Source: Anaeromyxobacteraceae bacterium (GTDB lineage: Bacteria; Myxococcota; Myxococcia; Myxococcales; Anaeromyxobacteraceae). From it: a stretch of DNA of 64,000 nt. The notes beneath the pieces are model-generated. The model was given only the letters and a program-made list of their open reading frames with translations, had not been told where the DNA came from and did not search any database. The translations under genes were made by a program, and so were the position numbers. The stretch spans positions 32,001-96,000 of the forward strand of contig JASGHJ010000001.1 of NCBI GenBank assembly GCA_047602405.1, written 5' to 3'. This document shows, piece by piece, positions 19,332-30,830 of this stretch (positions within the stretch are counted from its first letter, which is position 1; each line of letters begins with the position of its first letter).

Positions 19332-20150
19332 CTACTCCCGCTCCGCGAGCGCCCCGGTGAGCGCCGCGACCGCGGTCGCGACTGCGCGCTCGACCTGCGC
19401 GCGCTCCGCGTCCTTGAAGGCCGGATCCTCGTCGGCGACGAGGTCGAGCTGCTCGGAGACGTACGCCGCGAGCGACGGCTGCACGGCCTCGAGCGTGGGC
19501 GGCTCGCGCTCGAGCGCGGCGAGGTCGCGGTACGCGACGGCGCCGAGGCGATCCCCGAAGCCCTGGTCGAACATCGCCCACGCCTCGAACGCGAGATCCG
19601 CCGCGGCGAGGCCGCCGGCGTCCGGCATGGGCAGGCTCTCGAGCCACGCGGAGAGGTCCGGCTGTCCGTTCATGAACCGGTCGCGCCGGCGCCGGAGTTC
19701 CCGGTCCGGCAGCGCCGCGAGGTGCCGCCAGACCGACTCGACGAGGTCGTGCGAGAGCTCCGGGCCGAGCTCGGTGCCGCGGCCGGGGAGCGGCGCGGCC
19801 TCCGGCGCGGGTGAGGGGTTCGGCACCGGCGCGGGCGCGTCGTCCTCGATGCCGAGGCCGGCCTCCAGGCGGGCCCACAGGCCGAAGAGGTTCGCGTAGA
19901 GGCGCCGCGCCTCCTCGGGCGTGCCGAAGCGCGGCTCGCTCGGGAAGAGCGTCGGGATGATCGCGTTCCTGGGCTCGCCGCGCGACTGCGCGCGACGGAA
20001 GGTCGCGGCGACCTCCTCGACCCCGTGCGGCGACCCGGCCCTCGCCATCAGCGCGCCGAGCACCTCGGGGCCCTCGTAGATCGCGTCGAGGCCCGAGCGC
20101 CCGCCGCCGCCACCACCGCCGCTTCCGCCGCCACGCCCTCGCCGGCTCAT
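19332..20150 (-). CDS. Hypothetical protein
   Basis: 272-aa ORF overlapping the SDR stop (ATGA). Confidence 0.7.
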   Translation of the reverse strand: MSRRGRGGGSGGGGGGGRSGLDAIYEGPEVLGALMARAGSPHGVEEVAATFRRAQSRGEPRNAIIPTLFPSEPRFGTPEEARRLYANLFGLWARLEAGLGIEDDAPAPVPNPSPAPEAAPLPGRGTELGPELSHDLVESVWRHLAALPDRELRRRRDRFMNGQPDLSAWLESLPMPDAGGLAAADLAFEAWAMFDQGFGDRLGAVAYRDLAALEREPPTLEAVQPSLAAYVSEQLDLVADEDPAFKDAERAQVERAVATAVAALTGALAERE

Positions 20151-20944
20151 GTCGCCCTCTCCTTCTGCACCGCGCCCGAGATGCGCCGCACGAGCGGCCG
20201 CGGGAGGAACCGCACCGCGGACGTCGTGAGGCCGTAGAGCCAGGTCGGCACGCGCACGACCTCGCGCCGCTCGAGCTGGCGGAGCGCGTCGGCGGCGGCC
20301 TCGGCGCTCGTGAGCACCGAGGGCACCTGCTGGAAGCGGGTGCCCGTGCCGGCGACCGCCCCGAACTCGGTCGCGACCGGGCCCGGGCAGAACGCCGCCG
20401 AGAGCACGCCCGTGCCGCGGAGCTCCTCGGAGAGCGCCTCGGCGAAGCTGAGCGCGAAGGCCTTCGTGGCGCCGTAGACGGCCATGTGCGGCGTCGGCTG
20501 GAAGGCAGCGACGGAGGCGACGGTGAGCACGGCGGCGGGCTCGCCCGCGGCGGCCGCGGCGCGGAGCTGCGGCAGGAGCGCGTGCGTGAGGAGCGCGACC
20601 GCCTCGCAGTTCGTGCGGAGCATCGCGCGGACGCGGGCCGGGTCGGAGCGCTCGAAGCGGCCGTAGGCGCCGACGCCTGCGTCGTTGACGAGCCAGGCGG
20701 CGCCGCCGAGCCTCGCCGCGGCCTCCGCGAGGCGGGGTGCGGCGTCATCGGCGGCCACGTCGAGGGCGAGCGCGTGGATGGGGGCGCGGCCGGCCCGCCG
20801 GGCCTCCGCCGCGAGCGCCTCGAGCCGGTCGAGCCGCCGGGCGACCGCGAGGACGGGGCGGCCCCGCGCGGCGACGAGCCGGGCGAGGTCCGCGCCGATC
20901 CCGGAGGACGCACCGGTGACGACGGCGAGGCGGGGGGTGGGCAT
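20147..20944 (-). CDS. Short-chain dehydrogenase/reductase
   Basis: TGASSGIG, NDAG and catalytic YGATK. Confidence 0.9.
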   Translation of the reverse strand: MPTPRLAVVTGASSGIGADLARLVAARGRPVLAVARRLDRLEALAAEARRAGRAPIHALALDVAADDAAPRLAEAAARLGGAAWLVNDAGVGAYGRFERSDPARVRAMLRTNCEAVALLTHALLPQLRAAAAAGEPAAVLTVASVAAFQPTPHMAVYGATKAFALSFAEALSEELRGTGVLSAAFCPGPVATEFGAVAGTGTRFQQVPSVLTSAEAAADALRQLERREVVRVPTWLYGLTTSAVRFLPRPLVRRISGAVQKERAT

Positions 20945-21224
20945 GCCGCGCGGGAGTCTACCCGCATGCGGCGGGGTGCGCGCGGGACGAAATCGAGAAG
21001 AGTAAGGCCCGGGCGGACCCGAGGCGTCCGCCCGGGGAGGTGAGGTCAGCCGTCGCGGCCGCTCCGCGGGCGGTGAGCGTCGCGACGGTCGGGGGGCGCG
21101 ACGGGCGGGGGGCGCGCGCCCTCCGCCGCGAGGAGGATCGAGAGCAGGTGGAGCCTCGGGACCGGACGTTCGAGGAGGGTCGCCGGCGGCGCGGCCGGCG
21201 ACGGGCGGTTGGGCCGGCGCATGG

Positions 21225-21812
21225 TCAGCGCCCCTCGAACGGGAGCCAGTTACCGATTGGCTCGCCCTCAAGCCGCAGCGACGCGTCGTAGGGGAAGCCA
21301 CGGCCGGGCGGATCCTCGTCACCGCCCTCCGGCGCGACCTCCCCCGCGGCCGACCCGCCCGGCTCGCGAGCTCCGCTGCACACGAGCGTCCGCGCCACCG
21401 TCTGGCCCAGGCACTGGTAGCAGCAGTCCGCGCAGGAGTGGGCGAGGTCGATCCCCACGCCCCAGTAGATCGTGCGGTCCGGTGTCTCGGCGCCGTAGCA
21501 GACCTTGGCGCCGGCCGCGCAACCGAGCGTCGTCGCACCCGTGCCGCCGGACGGGAGCGTGTAGACGTTCGGCGGCGGAGGCGCGACGAGGCCGTTGTTC
21601 ACGTCGAAGAACCGGATGTAGAGGCCCTGCCCGTCCGCGCAGGCGTCGGTGAGCCTCACGGTGAGGGTCGGGTCTGGCGGAGGCGGAGGCGGGGGCGGGG
21701 GCGGGGGCGTCACCTCATGCGTCGTGTGCTCCCCGCCACCTCCGCAGGCGGTACCGAGGAGGACGAGAACGACGACCGAGAGGCCAGCGAGCGGGAAGCC
21801 ACGGCGCGGCAT
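21225..21812 (-). CDS. Cys-rich lipoprotein with a poly-Pro linker
   Basis: Lipobox LGTAC, a poly-Pro run and multiple Cys. Confidence 0.65.
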   Translation of the reverse strand: MPRRGFPLAGLSVVVLVLLGTACGGGGEHTTHEVTPPPPPPPPPPPDPTLTVRLTDACADGQGLYIRFFDVNNGLVAPPPPNVYTLPSGGTGATTLGCAAGAKVCYGAETPDRTIYWGVGIDLAHSCADCCYQCLGQTVARTLVCSGAREPGGSAAGEVAPEGGDEDPPGRGFPYDASLRLEGEPIGNWLPFEGR

Positions 21813-22028
21813 GAGCTGCTCCTTGGTTCACGGCGGAAGACCCGCCGATTGGCCAAGGGACCGGCACCCGGTTGCGATCCGACGTCAGGCCGCCCGCGGC
21901 CGGGCGGCCATCGAGGCGGCTCCCCAACCGGGCCAGAACCGCCTCGGTCAGGTCCACGAACGGGCGTGGTCTGCTTCACTGAAGGTCGGGTCCCCCCGGG
22001 CCCGCGAGCCCGGGGGGAGCGGTGAAGC

Positions 22029-22802
22029 CTACGGCCCGACCTCGACCTCCACGTCGAAGCCGTCGTCGAACGCGAAGTCCCGGTCCACGAGCACCTGGTC
22101 CGCGGCGTCGCCCTCGTACACCTTCGTGCCGTCGGGGCCTGCGATCACGACCTTCTTCCGCACGTCCGCGCCGTCGCGCCCGAGGCCGAACGCGAAGGCC
22201 TTGCCGTTCATCCCGCCGAGCATCGCACCCTGCCCGCCCGGACCGCCGGGGCCCATGCGCTGCCGGATCATCTGGCGGATGCCCTCGCCCATCGCGCCGG
22301 GCGCGAAGCGCCGGTGGAACCGGTCGAGGAAGAGCACCGCGCGGGCGCGCTGCTCGGGGGTGAGGTCCTTGATGACCGCCTGGAGGGTCTCCTTGTCGAC
22401 CGCGGCCATCTGCGCGCGGGCGTCGAGGCCCTTCTGGATGGCCTGGTCGACCTCCTGGGCGCTGACCTTCTCGCCGTCGGCCGCGCGGCGGAGCACGTCG
22501 TGCGCGTCGCGCATCTGCTTGCGGATGGCGACGCGGCGGTCGTCCTGCTTCGACATCACGTCGCCGAGCTCGAGCGCCTTCTTCGGCTCGAGGTCGAGCG
22601 CCTCGGCGAGGCCGAGGGTGCGGGCGAGCTTCATGCGGCGCTCGGCGCGCTCCTGGGCCTTCGGGTCGTCCTTGAGCTGCCGCATCATGCCGGGGCCGCG
22701 CGGGCCGGCGCCGGTGGGGCCGCCGGGGCCGGGGCCCTGGCCGGGGTTCTGCGCGAAGGCGGCGAGGGGCAGCACGAGCGCCGCGAGTGCGAGCTTCTTC
22801 AT
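22029..22802 (-). CDS. Periplasmic heavy-metal-sensor / Spy-CpxP-like protein
   Basis: Signal peptide, helical body, LTPEQR motif. Confidence 0.7.
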   Translation of the reverse strand: MKKLALAALVLPLAAFAQNPGQGPGPGGPTGAGPRGPGMMRQLKDDPKAQERAERRMKLARTLGLAEALDLEPKKALELGDVMSKQDDRRVAIRKQMRDAHDVLRRAADGEKVSAQEVDQAIQKGLDARAQMAAVDKETLQAVIKDLTPEQRARAVLFLDRFHRRFAPGAMGEGIRQMIRQRMGPGGPGGQGAMLGGMNGKAFAFGLGRDGADVRKKVVIAGPDGTKVYEGDAADQVLVDRDFAFDDGFDVEVEVGP

Positions 22803-22897
22803 GGTCTCTCCTTCTCTGACGGTGAATCTCATGGTGGTGGGGTCTGCGTGCCTCGGGAGATCGGGGAATCGGTTCCGGGTCCGGCGGGCCGGAGGGC

Positions 22898-23461
22898 TCA
22901 GCGGCCCATGCCCGCGTCGTACGAGCTGAGCGCGGCCTCGGTGTACGTGGCGGAGCCGCGGACGCCCTGGCGGTAGTCGAGCACCGCCCCGGAGGCCTCG
23001 TAGAGCGCGTCCGGATCCGGCGGCTCCCAGTGCGCCCGGGCCGCCTCGAGCTCCTGCAGCTCCGCGAGGCGCGCCTCGATGGCGGCCCGCTCCTGCGCCC
23101 GCCGCGCGGCGGACTTCTGGAGCAGCACCGGGGACGCGACCGCGGCGAGGAGCGCGGCGGCGACGCCGGCGAGGATGGCCCCGCGCAGCAGGCGCGTGCG
23201 ATGGCGCTCGCGGCGGGTGAGCTCGGCCCGCAGCCGGGCCGGCAAGGTGGCCATCGCGCGGCGCTCGTCGTCGGAGACCGGCGGGAGCGCCGCGAGCCCG
23301 AGCGCGCGGCGGCTCCCGTCGAGGACCGCGCGGCACGGGGCGCATCCCTGGACGTGCGCCTCGAGCCGCGCGGCCTCGTCGGCCTCGAGCGCGCCCGCGG
23401 CGAGGAGCGAGATCGCGACCTCGTGCTCGGCGCAGGCGGCGGTGGGGGTCGGGGCGCTCAC
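22898..23461 (-). CDS. Zinc-finger (zf-HC2) anti-sigma factor
   Basis: HVQGCAPC (HxxxCxxC) and one TM helix. Coupled to the sigma gene. Confidence 0.85.
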   Translation of the reverse strand: MSAPTPTAACAEHEVAISLLAAGALEADEAARLEAHVQGCAPCRAVLDGSRRALGLAALPPVSDDERRAMATLPARLRAELTRRERHRTRLLRGAILAGVAAALLAAVASPVLLQKSAARRAQERAAIEARLAELQELEAARAHWEPPDPDALYEASGAVLDYRQGVRGSATYTEAALSSYDAGMGR

Positions 23462-24108
23462 GGGCGGGCCTCCTCGAGCTGTTCGCGCAGCCGCTTCACG
23501 GCGTGGTGGAAGGTGACCTTGGCGGAGTTCTCGGTCGTCCCGAGCGCCTCGGCGATCTCGGCGAAGGAGAGCTCCGCGTCGATGCGGAGCGTGAGCACCT
23601 CGCGCTGGCGCCGCGGCAGCGCGGCGACCGCCTCGCGCATGCGGCGCGCCTGCTCCTCGTGCTCGAGCGCGGCGGGCGCGAGCGCCGGCGCGGCCTCCTC
23701 CGGGCCGATGGCCTCGAGCGGCGCCCGGCGGGTGCGGGCCTCGTCGCGGCGGTGGTTCTTCGCGAGGTTCACCGCGATGCGGACGAGCCAGGCCTTGAAG
23801 ACGAAGCCGCGGCGGGCGTCGCCGGGGCGGCCGAAGATCGGCGTGCGGCCGAGCGTGCGGCGCGCGGCCTCGAAGGCGCGCAGGAACGTGCGCTGGGCGA
23901 GGTCGCGGGCGTCGTCCGGCGTGCGGGCCCAGCGGCGCACGAGGCGGAGCACGGTCTGCTCGTGGCGGCGGACGAGCTCGCCGAACGCGACGTCGTCCCC
24001 CACGAGGAACGCGGCGACGAGCGCCTCGTCCTCGCGGCGGGCGGGGCTCGCGCCGCCGGGGAGGACCCGGAAGGTCGGCCGCCCCGCGCTGTCGCCCGTC
24101 TCGCTCAT
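23458..24108 (-). CDS. ECF sigma factor
   Basis: DARDLAQRTF, AWLVRIAVN, LPRRQREV...SFAEIAEALG. Confidence 0.9.
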   Translation of the reverse strand: MSETGDSAGRPTFRVLPGGASPARREDEALVAAFLVGDDVAFGELVRRHEQTVLRLVRRWARTPDDARDLAQRTFLRAFEAARRTLGRTPIFGRPGDARRGFVFKAWLVRIAVNLAKNHRRDEARTRRAPLEAIGPEEAAPALAPAALEHEEQARRMREAVAALPRRQREVLTLRIDAELSFAEIAEALGTTENSAKVTFHHAVKRLREQLEEARP

Positions 24109-24171
24109 GATGTGAAGCACCGTCGGCACGCCATCTAGAGACCCCTTGCCGCCCCCGAGGTTAACGACTAA

Positions 24172-25536
<1,365 letters not shown>

Positions 25537-25677
25537 ACCCTGGGGCTGCGCGGACCCGGCCGGTGACCCGGCCTGGCCGTCCCAGCCCCCCGTGATCCCT
25601 GGCCTTCGCCGCCGGCGCTCCCGGTCCGGCGCGTGCACTCCCGGGCGCCCGTGGACGCACCTCGCCCCACGGAGCCG

Positions 25678-27780
25678 ATGGCGCCCGCTGAGCCCGACCT
25701 CGTCGCGCGCGTCCGCGCGTGGCGCACCGCCGCCGTGCGCGAGCTCCTGTTCCTGCTCGCCGGCCTCGCGGCGCTGCTCACCATCGCGTACCTGCCCTTC
25801 TACCGCGACGTGCGGCCGTTCGTGTTCGGCCTGACGATCGGCGCGACCGTCGCCTACGCCCTCGGGGCGCGGCTCCCGAACCTCTCGTACCGCGCGCGCG
25901 CGATCATCCTCGTCGCGCCCACGCTGACCTCGGCGATCGCCGTGTACCTCGCGCGCGGCGTCGACCCCATCGCCACCGCGAACGCCTTCGCCTCCGCGGT
26001 GCTCGGCACGCTCGCCGGCGGCCCGATCGTCGGCGCGGCGATCGCCGCGACGATCGCAACCTCCGTCGTCGCGGTGGCCATCTCCGGCCCCCTCGCCGGC
26101 CCGCTGCCCGTCATCGCGCCCGCCGAGCTCGCCTTCCTGCACGTGCTCGGCTCGGTGCCGCTGCTCGTGGTCTCGGTGCACGGCGTCGCCATCGTGCTGC
26201 AGCGGCTCGAGGGCGTGTCGCTCGACTCGATCGCGCTCGTGGCGCGGCTGCGGCGCGAGGCCGAGGAGCGCGAGCGCGCCGTCGCCGCGCTGCGGGAGAG
26301 CGAGGACCGCTTCCGTCTCGCGTTCAGGACGAGCCAGGACGCCTTCAGCATCTCGCGGGTGGACGACTCGACCTTCCTCGCGGTGAGCGACGGGTTCACC
26401 CGCGTGTACGGCTGGACCGAGCAGGAGACCGTCGGGAAGAAGGCGCTCGAGCTCGGGCTCTGGGTCGACCCCGCCGACCGCGCGCGCATGGCCACGCTGC
26501 TCGCCAGCGAGGGCGAGTTCCGGGACCTCGAGGTGCTCCAGCGGCGCAAGGACGGCGCGCTCCGCACGGTGCGCATGTCCGGCTCGCTCTTCGTGGGGAA
26601 GGACGGGACCGGCCAGGTCCTCGCCGTGCTCCGCGACGTCACCGACGAGCTCCGCCTCGCCGTGGAGCGCAAGCGCCTCCACGAGCAGTTCGCGCAGGCG
26701 CAGAAGATCGAGGCGATCGGCCGGCTCGCCGGCGGCGTCGCGCACGAGTTCAACAACGTCCTCACGAGCATCGGCGCTTCCGCCGGCTTCATCGGCATGG
26801 AGGCCGAGCCGGGCTCCGAGCTCGCCGACATCGCGCGCGAGATCGAGGCCGGCGTCGAGCGCGGCACGCAGCTCACCCGGCAGATGCTCGCGTTCACCCA
26901 GCGCCAGGTGCTGCAGCCGCGCCCGGTGGACGTGAACGCCATCCTCGGCGACATGCGCCGCGTGCTCGAGCGCGTGCTCGGCGAGGGCATCCAGATCGTG
27001 CTCGAGCCCGCGCGCGAGACCTGCCGCGTGCTCGCCGACCCCGGCCAGCTCCAGCAGGCGATGCTGAACCTCGTCGTCAACGCGCGCGACGCGATGCCGA
27101 AGGGCGGCCGGATCCTCCTCGCGACGAGCCTCGCGAAGGGCCCGCCGGCCGAGGTCGTGATCGAGGTCGTCGACGAGGGCCCCGGCATCCCGCCCGAGAT
27201 CGCCGAGCACCTGTTCGAGCCCTTCTACTCGACGAAGGCGGACGGCACCGGCCTTGGGCTCGCGTCGGTGTACGGCATCGTGAAGCAGCACCGCGGGACC
27301 ATCGAGGTCGAGCCCGGCGTCGGTCGCGGCGCGACGTTCCGCATCCGGCTCCCCGCCGTCGCCGAGGTGGACCCCGCCGAGGTCGGCATGCCCGGCCTGC
27401 CGCCGCGCGGCCACGGCGAGCAGGTGCTGCTGGTGGACGACGAGGCCGTGGTCCGCCGCGCGACCGAGCGCCTGCTCGCGCGGCTCGGGTACCACGTGAC
27501 CGTCGCGAGCAGCGGCGACGAGGCCCTCGCGCTCGTGGAGGGCGGCGCGAAGGTCGACGTGGTCGTGACGGACGTCGCCATGCCCGGGATGAGCGGCACC
27601 GAGCTCGCGCAGCAGGTCCGCGACCGGAGGCCCGGCACGCCGGTGCTGTTCGTGAGCGGGTACGCCGAGGAGCTCATGGACCCCGGGCTGCCGGATGGCG
27701 GCAAGCTCGGGTTCCTGCCGAAGCCGTTCTCGATGGAGACGCTGGCGGAGAAGGTCAGGGATCTGCTCGTGGATGCGTGA
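25678..27780 (+). CDS. Membrane hybrid sensor histidine kinase (TM-PAS-HisKA-HATPase-REC)
   Basis: AHEFNN, NLVVNARDAM, DEGPG, GTGLGL and a C-terminal REC domain. Confidence 0.9.
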   Translation: MAPAEPDLVARVRAWRTAAVRELLFLLAGLAALLTIAYLPFYRDVRPFVFGLTIGATVAYALGARLPNLSYRARAIILVAPTLTSAIAVYLARGVDPIATANAFASAVLGTLAGGPIVGAAIAATIATSVVAVAISGPLAGPLPVIAPAELAFLHVLGSVPLLVVSVHGVAIVLQRLEGVSLDSIALVARLRREAEERERAVAALRESEDRFRLAFRTSQDAFSISRVDDSTFLAVSDGFTRVYGWTEQETVGKKALELGLWVDPADRARMATLLASEGEFRDLEVLQRRKDGALRTVRMSGSLFVGKDGTGQVLAVLRDVTDELRLAVERKRLHEQFAQAQKIEAIGRLAGGVAHEFNNVLTSIGASAGFIGMEAEPGSELADIAREIEAGVERGTQLTRQMLAFTQRQVLQPRPVDVNAILGDMRRVLERVLGEGIQIVLEPARETCRVLADPGQLQQAMLNLVVNARDAMPKGGRILLATSLAKGPPAEVVIEVVDEGPGIPPEIAEHLFEPFYSTKADGTGLGLASVYGIVKQHRGTIEVEPGVGRGATFRIRLPAVAEVDPAEVGMPGLPPRGHGEQVLLVDDEAVVRRATERLLARLGYHVTVASSGDEALALVEGGAKVDVVVTDVAMPGMSGTELAQQVRDRRPGTPVLFVSGYAEELMDPGLPDGGKLGFLPKPFSMETLAEKVRDLLVDA

Positions 27781-27804
27781 TCAGCAGACGGGCGCCGGCT
27801 AACT

Positions 27805-27858
27805 TCCGTTCGTCCCGAGCGTAGGGCCGCCGAAGGCGGCCCGGAGACGAGGGACGCC
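27805..27858. repeat. REP-like palindrome between convergent genes
   Basis: TCCGTTCGTCCCGAGCGTAGGGCCGCC-GAA-GGCGGCCCGGAGACGAGGGACG. Confidence 0.85.
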
Positions 27859-28743
27859 CTACAGCGCAGCGGTCAGCACGATCCGCTCCCGCCCCGACAC
27901 CACTACCCCACCCGGCTTCTCGACTGTGACCGCGAAGAGTTTCGGATCCCTGACCTCGATCGGCGCGTGGATCGCGATGACCACCTCGCCGTCGCGCACG
28001 TCGAACACGCCGCCGTCGACCGGGTACCGCTGGTCCCGCGTCGCGTCGAAGATCCAGAGCTGGTACTGCTGCGCCTTCGGGTCGTTCGCCTGCAGCCCGC
28101 GGATCCGCAGGTAGCCCTGCTGCTTCGACGGGCTCCACACGACGTCGCCCGTGGCGCCGGTCGCCGCTGGATCCTTCGTGGCGGACCACGCGATGGTCTT
28201 CACGTCCTGCGCCTGCGCGAGGAGCCTAGCGCGCGCCTCCACCGGCGCCGGCGGCCGGGGCGGCGGGGCCTCGACCACCCGGACGTTCTCGATCACCGTG
28301 GGCGGCCGCATCCAGCCGAAGATCGCGAGCACCGCCGCGGCGGTCGCCGCGATCCAGCCGAGGGCACGGCCGCGGTCCCTCTTCGGACCCCTCATGCTCG
28401 AGGTGCCTCGCACCTCCCCGGTCACCCGTTCACCGGCCGAAACCGAATCACCCTCCGCTCGTCCTGAGCCCTTCGACTTCGCCGCTGACGCGGCTACGCT
28501 CAGGGTAAACGAAGTCGAAGGACGCGCCGCGCCCGGCGCCGCCGCGAGCACCTTCTCCTTCAACGCGGCCGGCATCTCCTCCAGCTTCCCGAGCTCGGCC
28601 AGCGCCGCCGCCGCCGCCGCGTAATCCAGCGACTCGTCACCCGCGCCGCCGAGCCGCTCGAGCTCGCGCGCCTCCGCCTCCGGCAGCCCCTGGGTGGCCC
28701 GGTCGGCGAGCAGCTCTTCCTTGCGGTCCGGGGCGCGGCTCAC
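27859..28743 (-). CDS. RskA-like anti-sigma factor
   Basis: One TM helix. YQLW and FAVTVEKPGG motifs. Confidence 0.85.
   Translation of the reverse strand: MSRAPDRKEELLADRATQGLPEAEARELERLGGAGDESLDYAAAAAALAELGKLEEMPAALKEKVLAAAPGAARPSTSFTLSVAASAAKSKGSGRAEGDSVSAGERVTGEVRGTSSMRGPKRDRGRALGWIAATAAAVLAIFGWMRPPTVIENVRVVEAPPPRPPAPVEARARLLAQAQDVKTIAWSATKDPAATGATGDVVWSPSKQQGYLRIRGLQANDPKAQQYQLWIFDATRDQRYPVDGGVFDVRDGEVVIAIHAPIEVRDPKLFAVTVEKPGGVVVSGRERIVLTAAL
28454..28524. repeat. Composite REP-like palindrome, in frame within the rskA-like gene
   Basis: TCCGCTCGTCCTGAGCCCTTCGACTTCG...CTACGCTCAGGGTAAACGAAGTCGAAGGACG. Confidence 0.7.
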
Positions 28744-29318
28744 GGCACATCCTCCACTGCGCTCTGGGGTTCGCCCAGCAGAAGCGCCCGGATGCGGATG
28801 AGCCCTCGCCTGGCGTGCGCCTTCACCGTGCCGAGCGGCATGCCCGTGCGCTCCGAGATCTCCTCGTGTGTGAGCCCCTCCGAGACCGACAGCCGGATGA
28901 CCTCGCGCTGCCCGGGGCTGAGCTCCTTCAGCGCCTTCGACGCCAGCGCCGCCTCCGCGACCGTCTCGGCGTCACCCTCATGTGACGCCTCGGAGAGGTC
29001 ACCGCGGACCTCCGTGACCTCGTCGATGCTGTCGGTGGCCGGGCGGCGCTGCGCCTTGCGGCGCCGGTCGATGAGCCTGCGTCGCGCGATGACCGCGACG
29101 AACGCCTCCTCGGACGCCTTCGACGGATCGTAGCGCCCGCCGTGCGACCAGAGGTCGAGGAAGATCTCCTGGACCGCGTCCTCCGCGTCGGCGCGCGACG
29201 GCGACATGCGCCGGGCGAGGCCCCAGACGATGGGCCCGAAGCGCGAGAGGGCCTCCTTCACCGCGGCGTCGTCGCCGCGGGCGGCCCTCGTCAACACTGC
29301 GGGAGAGGCTGCGTCCAT
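28740..29318 (-). CDS. ECF sigma factor (SigK-like)
   Basis: DAEDAVQEIFLDLW, IARRRLIDRRR, THEEISERTGMPLGTVKAHARRGL. Confidence 0.9.
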   Translation of the reverse strand: MDAASPAVLTRAARGDDAAVKEALSRFGPIVWGLARRMSPSRADAEDAVQEIFLDLWSHGGRYDPSKASEEAFVAVIARRRLIDRRRKAQRRPATDSIDEVTEVRGDLSEASHEGDAETVAEAALASKALKELSPGQREVIRLSVSEGLTHEEISERTGMPLGTVKAHARRGLIRIRALLLGEPQSAVEDVP

Positions 29319-29686
29319 CGACCCGCGAGCTTTGCGTGAAGAGGCGGCCGGGGAAACACCCTCGCGGGGCTCGTGCGTTCGAGGAAGGTGAGCCCCGCGA
29401 GGGCTCCGGCCAGCCGCCTGGCCTTCCGCCCCCGGGGAGGGAAGGGTGAGCCAGGCGACCGGTGCGGACTGCGGCACATCCACTGACACCGGGCTGCTGC
29501 TCCGAGGGACTCGCGGTCGATACGTACCGTGGGTTTGTCCTCGCATGGGACTGGGGTTCAGTAATCCACTGAGCCCATGTTCACCGTCCGCGGCTGCACC
29601 TGTCACCGTGCGTTACTGAGACTCAGGGTTCGCCCCGGAGGGTGGCTGTCGCCCTCCTGCCACATCGCGGTCGGGCCGGGCGAGCA

Positions 29687-29722
29687 CCGCTCGTCCTGAG
29701 CGTAGGGCCGCGCAGGACGAGC
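29687..29722. repeat. REP-like palindrome, intergenic
   Basis: CCGCTCGTCCTGAGCGTAGGGCCGCGCAGGACGAGC. Confidence 0.7.
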
Positions 29723-29735
29723 AGGGCCTCCAGGC

Positions 29736-30680
29736 TCACGGGCTCGGCAGGATGACCTTGTCGAGCACGTGGATGACGCCGTTCGAGGTGAAGACGTCGG
29801 TGGCCGTGATGTTGGCGGTGCGCGAGCGCTTGTCGGTCACCACGAACCCCGACGAGATGGAGAAGTTCTCGCCCTGCACCGTGTTCGGCTGCGCGCCCGG
29901 CGTGACGTCGGCCTCGAGCACCCGCGCCGCGAGCACGTGGTAGGTGAGCACCTTCGTGACGAGCGCCTTGTTCGCGAGGAGCTGATCCTTCGTGACGCCG
30001 AGCTCGGCGAGGAGCGCCGCGAACGCCGCGTTCGTCGGCGCGAACACCGTGAACGGCCCCGCGCCCTTCAGCGTGGTCGCGAGGTCGGCCGCGACGACCG
30101 CCTCGGCGAGGATGGAGAAGTCCGGCAGCGCGAGGGCCGTGTCGACGAGGTCCTTGTCGGCCGGCAGGATCACGTGGTCGATGACGTGGACGAGCCCGTT
30201 CGTGGCCGCGACGTCGGTGGCGGTGATCTTGGCCGTCCGGTTGCGCCCGTCCTGGATGACGACGTCGGCGCCCGAGGCCTCGATCTTGAAGAACCCGCTG
30301 CCAACCGGCGTGATGGCCTTGCCGAGCGGGATGTCCGCCTTCGCGACCTTCGCACCGAGCACGTGGTACTGCAGCACCGCGGTGAGGAGCGGCTTGTTCG
30401 CGAGGAGCTGCTCCTTCGTGACGCCGAGCTCGGTGAGGAGCGAGGCGAACGCCGCGTTCGTCGGCGCGAAGACCGTGAAGGGCCCGGCGCCCTTCAGCGT
30501 GGAGGTGAGGTCGGCCGCGACGACCGCCTCGACCAGGGTGGAGAGGTCGGGATTGCCCTGCGCGAGCTCCACGATGTCCTTCGTGGGCCCGGTGGTGCCG
30601 TTCGAGTCGTCCTTGTCGTCGCCGCAGGCCACGAGCGCCGCGGCAGCCGCGAGCGCGAACAGGATACGAGCGTGCTTCAT
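29736..30680 (-). CDS. Two-domain fasciclin (FAS1) lipoprotein
   Basis: Lipobox LVAC. Two copies of GPFTVFAPTNAAF...YHV...NG.(V/I)HV.D.VI. Confidence 0.92.
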   Translation of the reverse strand: MKHARILFALAAAAALVACGDDKDDSNGTTGPTKDIVELAQGNPDLSTLVEAVVAADLTSTLKGAGPFTVFAPTNAAFASLLTELGVTKEQLLANKPLLTAVLQYHVLGAKVAKADIPLGKAITPVGSGFFKIEASGADVVIQDGRNRTAKITATDVAATNGLVHVIDHVILPADKDLVDTALALPDFSILAEAVVAADLATTLKGAGPFTVFAPTNAAFAALLAELGVTKDQLLANKALVTKVLTYHVLAARVLEADVTPGAQPNTVQGENFSISSGFVVTDKRSRTANITATDVFTSNGVIHVLDKVILPSP

Positions 30681-30736
30681 GATGGGTTCCTCCTCGGGTT
30701 AGAGGCGCGAGCTCGCGCCGCCAGGTCGAGGAGGGG

Positions 30737-30763
30737 TTCGTGTCCAGGGCGCGTCGAGGATGC
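30737..30763 (-). promoter_or_regulatory. Candidate SigK-type ECF promoter of the fasciclin gene
   Basis: GCATCC-N17-CGAA upstream of the start, resembling the ATCC/CGAA boxes of SigK-type promoters. Confidence 0.4.
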
Positions 30764-30830
30764 GTCTTGCGTGGGTGAAACCTCGATGGAGGTCGGTGCA
30801 TCCAGGAGTGCAGCGCGAACGAACCGGGTT

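Noticed and set aside
29440..29660. 6S RNA, retron msr-msd or cobalamin riboswitch
   Set aside because: I recognised no diagnostic sequence motifs, and there is no reverse transcriptase nearby. Kept only as an unassigned structured candidate.
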